Part shown: in pieces, positions 51,131 through 59,815 of the stretch
Layout of the letters: each line of letters starts with the position of its first letter
Numbering within the stretch: the stretch's first letter is position 1
Assembly (NCBI GenBank): GCA_965153285.1
Contig: OZ229121.1
Strand: one strand, 5' to 3'
From: Podarcis tiliguerta
Taxonomy: Eukaryota
DNA length: 64,000 nucleotides
Notes under the pieces: model-generated
Seen by the model: the letters and a program-made list of their open reading frames with translations, nothing else
Databases searched by the model: none
Told to the model about the DNA's origin: nothing
Position numbers and translations under genes: made by a program

Positions 51131-52019
51131 TATTGCTGAGTAATAAGTTATTTGAGGCCCACACAGAGCATATAAAGAAGGAAAGAAATGCCTTTCAGTT
51201 TTGTCTTGCAATTCTAATGGGGTTTTTTTGTTTAGTTTGTGAACAACACATGCAGCTATATGTTAGCTGCAGAGCTTCTGCTTTTCTCCATACTTCATGT
51301 ATATTGAACTTATTAGGTCATGCAAGATGAGATCAAATACAATAGAATGCATCAGTGGTTTTTGATTCAGTGATCAGTATGTTACTTAATTCTTTAAAAG
51401 ATTCCAGCTAATGCCATTTGCAAATGGATACTCTTAGCCACGTCTCTCAATGTTAATAAACAAACAATGTTCTTAATACTTGGAGCTAGCTAATAAAGAC
51501 TTTGAGTACTTTACCCCCAGTATCTTTCTCATTGTGAGAATGCATCAAATTTCTAAAATCTTAGGAATCCATCAAAGGTAACATGGCTTGTTTCCGTAAC
51601 CATCTTCTGCAAGTTTCTTTCTTATAACAGTGTACATAAAAGTGTGGAATGGGGATATGAGACAGAGTACTTTTGTTTGAAGCTCAATGCTCTCCCAATA
51701 AGCTCTTCGGTACAGGAAACCTTATACGTAGAGTATACTGCTGCATAGGAAGATCACCAGTATGGGGCCTTGACTAGGAGATATAAATCTAATCAGTACA
51801 AAACCCAGTTCATAGTGCTGTGAAGCAATTAATTTTAATCTGACATCCATACTTTTGCATAAGAGTATCAGAAATGTCATAGTAAGCAGATGTTTTAGTT
51901 AATGGAAAACTCTTCATTTGCCAGTCATTTGTGTAACTTACACAGCTGCTCCCTCTCTTGTTTTCAGAACCCTCTATGAAACGGCTCTATGTGTTTTGGA
52001 TGAAATATTAGGTCCTTGA
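15487..52019 (+). CDS. NCAPG2: Condensin-2 complex subunit G2, complete; 27 coding exons, 3432 nt including stop (1143 aa)
   Basis: Hand-spliced ORF from MAKREAFLQ to DEILGP* matches recalled vertebrate NCAPG2 (ARNSEVRSNAALLF, HDNSEKVRVAFVDMLLKIK, PEEVWCERCVTL). All introns GT-AG, phases consistent, no internal stop seen. Confidence 0.96.
15655..15843 (+). CDS. NCAPG2: NCAPG2 exon 3
   Basis: acag|KDAADPFDLNELLQELSRKQKE...AAKR|gtattt. Confidence 0.92.
15989..16265. mobile_element. Degenerate hAT-like non-autonomous element
   Basis: CAGGGGTGGGCATCC start and GAGGTTCCCTACCTCTTG end resemble decayed hAT TIRs; similar relics near 6990-7180 and 39155-39460. Confidence 0.45.
17117..17511. mobile_element. 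Tc1/mariner-superfamily (Tc2/pogo-like) MITE
   Basis: TIRs CCGTATTTTTCGCTCCATTGGACGCAC / GTGCGTCCTATAGAACGAAAAATACGG, TA TSD, GC-rich core. Confidence 0.9.
17771..17885 (+). CDS. NCAPG2: NCAPG2 exon 4
   Basis: ttttag|EETTAVIHGV...ALLECALILN|gtacgt. Confidence 0.9.
18966..19126 (+). CDS. NCAPG2: NCAPG2 exon 5
   Basis: tgcag|GILYTLPDSEK...WWEKGL...KKIVV|gtatgc. Confidence 0.9.
19170..21015 (-). mobile_element. Putative non-autonomous Helitron interrupted by BovB
   Basis: Minus strand begins TCTTACTCTATAATA and ends GAGCGAGCAAGGGTGGTAGCCCCTAG|T; no TSD. Confidence 0.6.
19423..20453 (-). mobile_element. BovB (RTE-clade) LINE, 5'-truncated, retaining the RT core
   Basis: GVRQGCILSPCLFNLY...NNLRYADDTTLMAESEEEL; frameshift near 19790; (CAA) tail; 9-bp TSD TACTTCAAT at 19414-19422 and 20454-20462. 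Confidence 0.96.
21136..21270 (+). CDS. NCAPG2: NCAPG2 exon 6
   Basis: cctag|GVDIVRLWHLHRALLCFDY...IKKEE|gtaagc. Confidence 0.92.
21962..22056 (+). CDS. NCAPG2: NCAPG2 exon 7
   Basis: tttcag|GRRFLSFLFTWNVNFIKMIHGTVKNQL...|gtatgt. Confidence 0.92.
22331..22369. repeat. (GAT)n(AAT)n microsatellite
   Basis: Directly visible. Confidence 0.9.
22684..22753 (+). CDS. NCAPG2: NCAPG2 exon 8
   Basis: tgcag|SLMTHIAEVYFRAWKKASGNVLE|gtatat. Confidence 0.92.
22971..23196. mobile_element. MITE family A copy 3 (orientation b)
   Basis: Slightly diverged TIRs, TA TSD. Confidence 0.9.
23400..23890 (-). mobile_element. Decayed L2-type LINE 3' fragment
   Basis: Reverse strand resembles the L2 3' ends at 50537 and 61820. 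Confidence 0.55.
23941..24027 (+). CDS. NCAPG2: NCAPG2 exon 9
   Basis: ttttag|VIEHSCIQDFMHHAIHLPRNSPLNSKVRE|gtgcgt. Confidence 0.92.
24497..24673. mobile_element. hAT-like MITE nested in a minus-strand tRNA SINE (~24225-24690)
   Basis: Starts CAGAGCTTTCCAAAC, ends CTCTG; imperfect 8-bp TSD TTCTGACC/CTCTAACC; flanks rejoin into a SINE head. Confidence 0.55.
25392..25487 (+). CDS. NCAPG2: NCAPG2 exon 10
   Basis: gtcag|LLIYFHKQNKCRQGVEEVVYRLYQPILWRALK|gtaatt. Confidence 0.92.
25819..26044. mobile_element. MITE family A copy 4 (orientation b)
   Basis: TIRs plus TA TSD. Confidence 0.92.
26811..26936 (+). CDS. NCAPG2: NCAPG2 exon 11
   Basis: aacag|ARNSEVRSNAALLFVDAFP...QFDELF|gtaagt. Confidence 0.93.
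27534..27713 (+). CDS. NCAPG2: NCAPG2 exon 12
   Basis: tctag|TLLGDPQPLVRSTG...SADVRCSVFK|gtaagt. Confidence 0.93.
29193..29345 (+). CDS. NCAPG2: NCAPG2 exon 13
   Basis: tgcag|CLPIILDN...HDNSEKVRVAFVDMLLKIKSVKAAK|gtagga. Confidence 0.93.
31554..31776 (+). CDS. NCAPG2: NCAPG2 exon 14
   Basis: atcag|FWKICPIEHLL...WCERCVTL...PTNI|gtaaag. Confidence 0.93.
31920..31939. repeat. (GA)n microsatellite
   Basis: Directly visible. Confidence 0.85.
32399..32502 (+). CDS. NCAPG2: NCAPG2 exon 15
   Basis: ttttag|AKLMLTIQSCLNACI...EKENMS|gtaaga. Confidence 0.9.
33091..33226. mobile_element. Palindromic hAT (Charlie-type) MITE
   Basis: Long near-perfect inverted arms; 8-bp TSD ATCTAGGC/GTCTAGGC; decayed relatives near 25110-25210, 42830-42935, 52700-52830 and 57700-57825. 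Confidence 0.9.
33323..33364. repeat. (CA)n microsatellite
   Basis: Directly visible. Confidence 0.95.
33520..33716 (+). mobile_element. CR1-type LINE 3' end fragment
   Basis: CTGGTTGGCCAGTGTGAGAACAGAATGCTAGACTAGATGGG...CTTATGTTCT; a reverse-strand relative lies at ~62910-63265. Confidence 0.65.
34034..34207 (+). CDS. NCAPG2: NCAPG2 exon 16
   Basis: ttcag|VPHNVLSVDD...MAGLLEIIVILW...YLKVFK|gtaagt. Confidence 0.92.
35151..35221 (+). CDS. NCAPG2: NCAPG2 exon 17
   Basis: cctag|DDRCVSPIIVLASFMTPAAIPTF|gtattt. Confidence 0.9.
35406..35559 (+). CDS. NCAPG2: NCAPG2 exon 18
   Basis: tctag|CGVVSKL...LLDCLCRWGKVGHILEL...GRE|gtgtgt. Confidence 0.9.
35800..35973 (+). CDS. NCAPG2: NCAPG2 exon 19
   Basis: tgtag|SNGTSERRVRIQ...KPELALDYMEYLLTH...EAAK|gttaga. 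Confidence 0.9.
36870..36983 (+). CDS. NCAPG2: NCAPG2 exon 20
   Basis: ttcag|DVLGSS...RAFSLYCRLNIHLQYK|gtactg. Confidence 0.88.
37087..37230 (+). CDS. NCAPG2: NCAPG2 exon 21
   Basis: aacag|FASEGQEYLSALE...QLVVQ|gtaaaa. Confidence 0.88.
38243..38342 (+). CDS. NCAPG2: NCAPG2 exon 22
   Basis: tgtag|NYLTVCKDVIAVGLGDSEFQ...IHT|gtatgt. Confidence 0.9.
39818..40215 (+). mobile_element. tRNA-derived SINE with L2-type tail, interrupted by a younger SINE
   Basis: A box TGGTTTAGTGG, B box GGTTCAAAT, core GGGTGACCTTGGGCCAGTCAC, A-rich tail. Confidence 0.75.
39887..40051 (-). mobile_element. tRNA-Asn(GTT)-derived SINE with CR1-type 3' tail
   Basis: Reverse strand CTGTGGCACAATG...CTGTTAACCAGAAGGTTGGTGGTTTGAGTCCATCCAGGGAC follows the tRNA-Asn sequence, then GGTCCCTTCCAACTCTACAATTCTACGATTCT. 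Confidence 0.8.
40272..40328. repeat. (AGAT)n microsatellite
   Basis: Directly visible. Confidence 0.95.
40398..40582 (+). CDS. NCAPG2: NCAPG2 exon 23
   Basis: cttag|DRGYVCIP...VQKMFQKILECMA...EEGIQ|gtattt. Confidence 0.9.
41830..42225 (+). mobile_element. Decayed L2-type LINE 3' end
   Basis: Similar to the 50537 element (CTCTGGAACTCCC...AAGACTGTTTTATTCCAACAGGCTTTTAA) with a T-rich UTR. Confidence 0.6.
42258..42404 (+). CDS. NCAPG2: NCAPG2 exon 24
   Basis: tctag|FIHSIQEPLREFV...VHHGVLSSL...LQHK|gtacag. Confidence 0.88.
44007..44224. mobile_element. MITE family A copy 5 (orientation b)
   Basis: TIRs plus TA TSD. Confidence 0.9.
45619..45722 (+). CDS. NCAPG2: NCAPG2 exon 25
   Basis: tttag|ASTPEELTPPKSFSDLPPLS...NVV|gtaagt. 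Confidence 0.9.
46081..46433 (+). mobile_element. Full-length Sauria SINE
   Basis: GGGACGCGGGTGGCGCTGTGGGTTAAA head, B box GGTTCGAATCC, (ACCTTT)n tail, 13-bp TSD TAAGAGCTCCTTC at 46068-46080 and 46434-46446. Confidence 0.95.
47970..48209. mobile_element. Tigger/pogo-like MITE (separate family)
   Basis: TIRs CAGTCGTACCTCGGA / TCCAAGGCATGACTG, TA TSD. Confidence 0.85.
48619..48765 (+). mobile_element. tRNA-Lys(CTT)-derived SINE with CR1-type tail
   Basis: TAGCTCAGTAGGTAGAGCATGAGACTCTTAATCTCA...CTCCACGTTGGGC follows tRNA-Lys, then CCTGCACTGCAAGGGGTTGG...CCCTTCCAACT. Confidence 0.82.
49116..49213 (+). CDS. NCAPG2: NCAPG2 exon 26
   Basis: cttag|SFLKELTESIESEEIEGIV...LIK|gtgagt. Confidence 0.9.
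49440..49770 (+). mobile_element. Decayed CR1 RT fragment
   Basis: AAGTTTGCAGATGATGTCAAATTA = KFADDVKL; downstream W.M.FN..KC.V.H.G-like motif. Confidence 0.7.
50093..50198 (+). CDS. NCAPG2: NCAPG2 exon 27 (start 50093 or 50096, NAGNAG)
   Basis: ttttcag|cag|(A)GKHRPSYIKDIASALQRKL...SME|gtaaac. Confidence 0.88.
50405..50535 (-). mobile_element. tRNA-Lys-derived SINE with CR1-type tail, older copy
   Basis: Reverse complement aligns with the 48619 copy. Confidence 0.7.
50537..51134 (+). mobile_element. L2-clade LINE 3' end with (TTA)n tail
   Basis: Uninterrupted ORF LHWLPVEYRSRFKVLVLTFKAL..GPSYL...RAFSAAAP.WWNAL...KTELF; 3' GCCGCCCTGAGCCCAGCTTCGGCTGGG stem-loop; (TTA)n at ~51080-51134. Confidence 0.92.
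51968..52019 (+). CDS. NCAPG2: NCAPG2 last coding exon to TGA
   Basis: ttttcag|TLYETALCVLDEILGP*. Confidence 0.88.
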
Positions 52020-52348
52020 CCATGTAACTATTTATATAAACTAAGGAAACAGTGAAGAAGATGAATACACCCCTTCCAGAGTGCCAAATGACTTAACTAT
52101 GCAGTGTTTTGCCTTGAGTGGGAAAACCACGCCGCTTTGCTTTGTGCTTCCTTGTCATGGGACTGCTTCCATAGGTAATCTTTAAAGGCAAAATCAAATT
52201 GTACATTCATTTTTGTAAGAATTGTGAAGAAACACTTTTAAATGCTAAAGTATTTTTTTGTACATTGCTTTAAATATGGCTTAGATCCTTGAGTTATATT
52301 TTGTATATATTTAAAAAAAAGCTCTTTAAATGGCATCCAGATCTTTAC

Positions 52349-52354
52349 ATTAAA
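52349..52354 (+). terminator. Candidate NCAPG2 polyadenylation signal (ATTAAA)
   Basis: Follows U-rich/TGTA elements ~330 nt after the stop; the first AATAAA I found downstream of the stop is at 55751. Confidence 0.45.
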
Positions 52355-54859
52355 TCACTATGCAAACATTGGTCGATTCACATGAGGCATGCTTGATCAG
52401 CACCAAAATCTTTCACCCAATGTTAAGTAAGAAATGTCTTCATTTTTAATATGGTATTTCACATACCGTTATTGAATACCGAGTAATATTTTCTGAAAGG
52501 TAATGCAATCACCAGTATAGATAGGTACTCCTACTGACTTATTCTGATAGCATATTTATGACATTCTGAATCTTTAAAAAGGTTTCTGTAATAGTCTCCC
52601 CCAGCTACTGCATGCACACAGTCACAGGTTTACATCTTCACATGCCAGTGCAAATATTCCATTTGTCTTAGTTGGCAAATGGTACTTCTTTGTCTACAAT
52701 AGGAGTGGGGAACTTGTGGCTTTCCAGATGATGTTGAAATCTTACTCCCATCCGCCCAAGCCAGCATGGCCAATGGTCAAGAAGTTGTTATCCAACAACA
52801 TTTGGAGAGCCATAGTTTTCCCATCCCTGGTCTGTGACCTTGTAGGCAGAAGCAGATGCCAATCTAGCAAAAGGACACCCACAAAGAAACATCTCCCTTG
52901 TAGTCATTCTCTTTCTCTTTTGCTCCACATTCCAGCAGGCTTCTTATGAGACCAGAGCTAGTCTACTTGGAACCAATTTTGTCTGCAATGGAATTAATGT
53001 TGCTATAGTTTTAAGATTGGGGAAAAGCAGAAGTCCACCCCCCCCCCCAAAGCAGGTTGCTTACCTGTAACTGGTGGCCTTCCATTGGCCATCTGGGCCT
53101 GTGCAGAGTACATTTGGGGAATTTGGGGGGTGGGATGTGGAGTGAGTGCCTTCCTACTTCGGCCTGTGTTTACTGCTGCAGGAAAGCATCATTGGGAATC
53201 GTCTTTAGGGACTGTCTTCTTAGCAAGTTCTGTCATCATTTCTCATGCATTCTGGGAGCTCTTTAAGTTCTAGCAAATACAGCATGCATTTTATTTCTTT
53301 GGTTTCCTTTCCATCCCTGCACCTACATCACAGTTGCTGTTTTTCAAAAAGTGCTGTCACTTTTTGAAATTACCTCTCTGTTTTCTGGAGAGAAAGCAGA
53401 AAGTTGATTCATGCACTCACTGACAGCCACAAAAGAGCCATAAAAAGAACATGCAAAAAAAAAAAAAATACCTAACATTAAAAGGTGTAACAAGTTCCTC
53501 CAGCCTTTCCTTAGAACTTTGTTTCTTGCCATTCTCTGAATTCTTTTCTTATCCTGTCGTATCTCATTGATGAAAGGTGGTACCCCAAACGAACTGGATT
53601 GTTCCTAATGATATCCCATTGGAATGGTTCTACTTGTTTTTCCAACTCCTCAATGCAACAGTTACTTTAATACAAACCCAAGCTGGGCATTTAGCATCCT
53701 GAAGCACATTAGTTTGGGACAGACCCTTTATGAACTTTCCAGCTTAGCAAAATCACTAAAATCAATTGGTCTCGTCTTCAAATTATAATCATTTTCATTT
53801 ATTCTCTTGAGTCTTTTCAAAGGCTGGGGGACTAAGGGGAGTTTTGGGTACAAATAGTGTTCTGCATCACTTCCTATCTTTCCAAATAGCTTCTATTCCA
53901 CATTTCCTATATAGAACATATGAACTATTTACATACAAAGCACCCATAGACTTGACTCAAGATTGTTCCTTTATTATACCCAGTATTGTCTGTTTCTTGC
54001 ATTTTTTGCGGAAAATTATTAATTTTTCATTGTTGTCCTAGGAGTCTTACTGGGATTTGTCTCCTTCATCCTTTTGCTGATGCAAACAAAATTTCAGAAT
54101 TCTGCTACCAACAGAACTGTATCACTAATCTAAAACAAAATAGCTTGAAATTCTTGTCTTGCATGCAACATGACTCTCCTTCTTGGTTTTGTTCCTTTGA
54201 ATGACTAATGGAAGCCATTCTGCTTTAAAATGAGTCTATTGTTCATACTGTCAAGAAGGAGCGTTATCTGCAGATTTGTAGGACTAATCACTGTTTCCAT
54301 GTTCTGAATAGAACACTGGAAAATTTCTCCAGCACTCTTTACTTGAGCTGATGCTAGCAATGATAGGCTTGTTCTAAACATTCGGTTTTTCTGTGGAATT
54401 TTTTTTTTTAACTACAAATGCAAGTATGAATATTCCCTAAGTGATACAGTACAAATGGAAGAAAATAAGATGAAACACAACTGAACATAGTGCAACTGAA
54501 CATTTTAGAGCTTATTGGGTGGTGGCTATGGCAGAAAATTGATATTACTTCTCTGCCTCTATTGTGACCATTCAGTGTGATTCAGTTGAACTACTGTGGC
54601 CAATTTGGGATCTTCTCCAAGATCAGTTTACAGGAGACCTTCGTTGTGAAGCATTTTGTTGTGCTACTCTGCCTTTCTGCTGTTTAGAAATATTCCATAG
54701 CTAGGTTCTTTGACTCCAGAAATCTCCATACTGCCTGGAAAGCTAGTGCTGAGTTGTGCATGGTAGGAAGGTTATGGTTGGTCTTGGCTGCTATCTCTGT
54801 AAATTAATCCACAAAGAGGTACTCTTCCTAACAATGATTGGTAGTATGGGAACTCAGGA

Positions 54860-55190
54860 ATATTAAAATGCTGTTCTCTTCTTGCTTGACCAGTGTTCAT
54901 TTGCATCTGACCCAAGTTTTCCTCTACTCACGTAAGAGCGATTCCCAGTTTGCTTCCTCACCCTAAGCTCTGGCGTATACCAGGGATCCAAGCTGGCTCC
55001 ACGAAGCAGGAGACGGCGCTTAAGGGTAATTGCATCAACAACCTGAGCCATTTGGATGTTCCAGTTGTTGAGCAGGGCTTTGACAGGAGCGCCAGTCATA
55101 TCAGCCAGAAAAACCCCCCAGAGCTGCCTGGAAATCCACTGGATCCATCAGCCCCTGAGGACGGACCATCCTAATAGGTCTCCTGCCTCT
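54860..55190 (-). mobile_element. L2-type LINE internal fragment
   Basis: Reverse ORF with WN...VDAI...PWYTPELR, typical of the L2 endonuclease-RT linker. Confidence 0.7.
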
Positions 55191-55240
55191 GCAGAGGGGT
55201 AAAGGTACTGAAATGCCTAAAAGCATTACCATCGCTAGCA

Positions 55241-55466
55241 GGATGGTACCTCGGGTTAAGTACTTAATTCGTTCCGGAGGTCTGTTCTTAACCTGAAACT
55301 GTTCTTAACCTGAAGCACCACTTTAGCTAATGGGGCCTCCTGCTGCCGCCGCACCGCCGGAGCACAATTTCTGTTCTCATCCTGAAGCAAAGTGCTTAAC
55401 CTGAAGCACTATTTCTGGGTTAGCGGAGTGTGTAACCTGAAACGTATGTAACCCGAGGTACCAATG
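55241..55466. mobile_element. MITE family A copy 6 (orientation a)
   Basis: Highly similar to the 11699 copy; left terminus altered. Confidence 0.88.
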
Positions 55467-57399
55467 TACTAGCATAACCTAAAAGCCAGGGCCCTCTGCT
55501 CACTCTCACTTCTAGTGGTGGGAAATTTAAATCCTAATGGCATAAGTTATACTATAGTCCAGGGAGATACAAATCATTCTTTTATTGATTCAGAGCCACT
55601 TCAGCGGAGGACTAAACAGTACAACAGTCACATAAAGTTTAGTCAACTGCACTGGAATCTGCCTGCCTCTCCCCACAAGTTAACAGAAGAAAAAGCTAAA
55701 TTAACAGAAGCTTAACACAAACTCTAATTAACTTTCTTCTCCCAGAAAAGAATAAAACCATCTCCTGTATCCTGTAATATGGCAATAGCTGGATTTATTT
55801 ATGTGTGATCTTTATATCAAGGCCCACTAATTTGTACCACAGTTGAAGAAAAGCAGAAGAATGAGGGTGTCCCAAGCTGATTGTCCACTATTGGCTGTGG
55901 TTCTTGTCTCTAGTGTTATGACCACAGCATTCTGAGGACCTTAAAAGCCCCATGGCCAGATTTATCGCCACATCCAAGTTCACTTCTTCATCTGGATCAA
56001 GCTGGTCCAAAGCTGAGCCACACCGGCTGTAACAGGAGTGGCAGGGAAGGGAAATTCCTGTGCATCAGAATCATGGGTCCTATCATCCTGTCCCTGGTAG
56101 GTGGGCATGATAACTTAAAAGGTAGTATCTGGCTTTCTTTTCTTTTTATTGTTTTCCCTGCTTGGGGGTTTTTTTATGTTTACCACTTAGAGATGCTAAG
56201 GACAAATCAGTATCTAAATGCCTTAGATCCAATGAAATAATGTAAGTGATCTGTTTGCTCATCACCTAGGGCACATGAGACTGTCAGAATAATCAGAGTT
56301 AAGATATAGCACATTCTTGCGATTTGTGGTTCTAGATGGTCCCTGTTTTGGTGCTAGCTGATTATTGCTTATTGGCAACACCTAAAAACTGTGTTTGGTG
56401 TTGTATTTATCAGTGCTCCTCCCCTTTTCTACTATTGGCAGGTAGGTTGGTACTCTGAAAAGATTGCTTTGGGAAATTAATTTCGGCTTTTATATCTATA
56501 ATTTCTTCAGAGCTTGCTTTCAGTTCCCTTATCTCATTCAGCAGAGGGTTATACTTTTCCATGAACTTGAGCAGGGAGCCGCTGCTGCAGTTTTTCCCCT
56601 TCACAACACACATTCTATTTTCCTATTTCTGCTGTGTCTCTATTTCATCACTGACAACTCTTTTTCCTTTTTTCAAACACAATATCAGTTGTCCTTTTAT
56701 ATAAGGCTGTAACATAAGCCAAATATTAACTCTGTAGTCCTTTAAGGATGGAAATGGAGCAGAATGTTTTGTCTGGTGGGATCATACATTAGGCTTGAGG
56801 TAAACAGGACTTTTTTCCTCAGGTCCAGCTCTCTAATTAAGAAATCTTGGAGACTCTCCTGAGGTTCTTGTACTACTTTTGACAGTTGTTAAGTAGAGCT
56901 CAATTGCATCCTTTTCTTGATGATAGGATCATAAAATGTGTCTTGGTTTTATTACGTTAAAATCCTTTTTTATCTCCAGATAATCCCTCAAGTCGAGTTA
57001 AGGATAAATTGCCTAGATTGCAAACTTTATGATGTTTGTCTCACTGTTCTCCTTTTTTAAAAACTCATTCTGATGAGTCAAGCTTCTGAAACTCAGCCTG
57101 TCTGGCTAGTTATCTTAACTTCTCTCCTTTGGATTAATTTCACTCCCATAGTTTTCTGTCCACCATTTTCCTCTCTCTTTCATCCTTTCCTCTTTCTTCA
57201 TAAAGTGCTTCTGTGTTGGCTACAGCACTGATGTCTGCAATCTTTTCTTTCACTTGCTGTGTAATGTAGTCAGAACCTCAATCTCTTAACTCTCTTTGGA
57301 GTCGCTACCAAAAGGGCCCCATCTCTCATACCCATCAGTCTATTAGATTGCTGCAGGCCCGCAAACAGGGGTTCTGAGGCTTACCTTAAGGCCTGCACA

Positions 57400-57680
57400 G
57401 ATTCATATGGGTAGAGGTGGTACTCCAAATAGCCCAGTCCCAGAAATTTTAGAACTTTAAAGGGCATAATCAGCACAAATAGGCAACAAATACAGCTGTG
57501 CCAGCAATAATGCTATATGCTCCAACCACTGGGCCTCCACCAGTATCTGAATAGCTGCATTTTGTACCAGCTGAAGTTTCCATACTGTCTTTAAAGGCTG
57601 CCCTTCATAGAACACATAGCAATAACTTAGTTTGGAAACAACCAGGGCCTGTGTAACTGAGGCACAGACAGCTATATCTC
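57400..57680 (-). mobile_element. Decayed L2-type LINE fragment
   Basis: VTQALVVSKLSYC...PLKTVWKLQLVQNAA...L.QLY.LPI. Confidence 0.8.
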
Positions 57681-58639
57681 TCTGTAAACAAGAGATGATG
57701 AATGGGGAAGCACTCTGTCTGACTACAGCTCTTATCATCCCTGTCCCTTGACCATGCTGGCTGGGGCTGACGGGAGTACTAAGCCAACAAGTTTCTAGAG
57801 GGCCACCAGGTTCTCCACCCATACCCTAAACTTTCTAGATCATAAAGGCAAGTTATGCTAGAACAGATCTCCATGCTTCTGAAGTCTGATTTCTCTAGAG
57901 AGGAGGCCATCTAACAAAAGAAATTTCCGTGCATGTTAATTCCTGAAGGCTTTTTGTTAATATTGGCTCATCTCAAAATGTGCTGATGTAAACACTAAAC
58001 AGATGCTTAGGTCTTCAGTTTACTCTCACTAAGCATTAGCATTTTCACTTAACCACACGCCTTATTTCCAGCTATTCTCCCAGGTAATTGCTAACTGCAG
58101 TTCAGTCTGAGACTTAAAATGCAACTCCCTTTCAAAGCTCCTTTCCAACTGCTCTTCTTTGGCAACATGTAAAAGCCATTATCATTTAGCTATGGCCTAG
58201 GGGATAAAATAGCACCTCACAAGCTACTCGTCATCACTAAAAATCAATATTGTTTATATCTCACTGAGGCTCAATCTAGAAGAATCTCAATCTCCCATTT
58301 TCTCCCCCTTGGTAAACTGCAACTATTTGGCAAAATTACACAGGAATATGCTTGAATGCTTAAGGTGGGGGCGGGTGAGTGGGGGGAATAATAAATTTAC
58401 CTCTGCTGTGAGTTGAGCAGGATATTAACATCTGCTGGCTTCCTCTCCAAGTATTGTAGAAAATCTTCTGAACCCACTGCTGGTGTTATGAAAACATTTC
58501 TGCAATCTTTTCCTTTCAGGAAGATGAATGCATTCATCTTAATTTGTGGCACCACTCCTAAAGTTAGAGTTAAAATGTATTTTATGTTCCTCTGTGTTTC
58601 ATTATGGTGATAAGTCCCAAGAAGCCTATCCACACTTTC

Positions 58640-59810
58640 AACTACCGGGCAAGATGCAGAATTTCTAGATAGAGGCGCATGGACTGTGTTGGAACAGCAA
58701 CACAGGTGAGGTGCCTCTACAGAGCAGGAAGATCACCCATTGCAGGAGAGAAACTCTTGGAGGAACATGATGCACAGAAGCAAGGCTATCAGGAGCCTTG
58801 CTGTGTCACTGGAGCTGCAAAAAGGATCCCAGGCGCTCACCTTGGACACTATTTCTAGGCTAGAGGAGCTAGGACAGCAGTTGTCAACCTCAAGGCACAC
58901 CGAGATGGCTGTGGAAGATACAGTGCACAGAATGATTCCTACCACCCCCCACAGGAGGAAGAGATGGGAGGAGATGGACGAATAGTTTTCCATTCTTGAC
59001 CTAAGCCCTTCAGATCCAAGGCTACTGACAGTGGATGAGTATTCTGATCACCTGCTTGCTACCGACCAAGGAAATGATCTCAGAAAAAGGAGAATTGCAG
59101 TTTGAAAAAAAGCAATTTGAGATGAAGGAGTAGGAAGTTCTCAAGCCATAAGACTCCTGCTTTTGTAGCCTATCTTAATAATATCCTGATAAGCTCATTA
59201 TGTTGGCCTGAATGCAGGGATTGGAAGAAATATGTCCAGGTTAGAGGCCCCAAGCTCCTACCCTGCCAGTGATCTAGTTTCTGATTCTGGACCAGAGGAA
59301 CAATAACAGCAGTTGCAGACCTCAGAACACTCTGAGGTGGTTTGTAAGGTATTGTGGACAAAAGAATTACTGCTAGAAGGAAGAGACGTCTGGTGGTGGG
59401 TGACTCCCTACTGAGGGGGACAGAAGCAGCAGTGGGCAGGGGAAACAGGGGGTCCCAGGAGGTGTGCTGTCTTCCAGGTGCAAAGATTCATGATGTGACA
59501 GAGAAGTTGCCATGTCTTATAAAGCCCACTGACCACAAGCCCTTCCTTTTGATTCATGTGGGTATAAACGATACTGCCAGACACAATCTTTAACATATAG
59601 CAAGGGACTCTGGGCAGGATGCTGAAGGGCCTTGGGGCATCATTCCTTCCTGTTGAAGGTTGTGGCCCAGGAAGAGAGAGAAATACTGAAAGTAAACCAC
59701 TGGGTGTCATCAGGAAGTTTTGGCTTTGAACATGAACTCTGCTTCCTTCAGGAAGGTCTTCTGGCAAGAGATGGGGTCCCTTCCAACTACAATTCTATTA
59801 TTCTATTCTA
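58640..59810 (+). mobile_element. CR1-like element: decayed ORF1 (coiled-coil plus SGNH esterase) joined directly to the CR1 3' tail
   Basis: RRLVVGDSLLRGTE...VCCLPGAKIHDV...LLIHVGINDTA...GLLARDGV, then GGTCCCTTCCAACTACAATTCTATTATTCTATTCTA; 5' boundary approximate. Confidence 0.8.
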
Positions 59811-59815
59811 AGTTT

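Noticed and set aside
15487-52019. U12-type introns or pseudogenisation of NCAPG2
   Set aside because: No RTATCCTT donors at the modelled junctions; the frame is intact and full length.
59354-59593. Host GDSL/SGNH lipase gene or horizontally acquired esterase
   Set aside because: Intronless, interrupted by stops and frameshifts, and joined to a CR1 tail; this is LINE ORF1.
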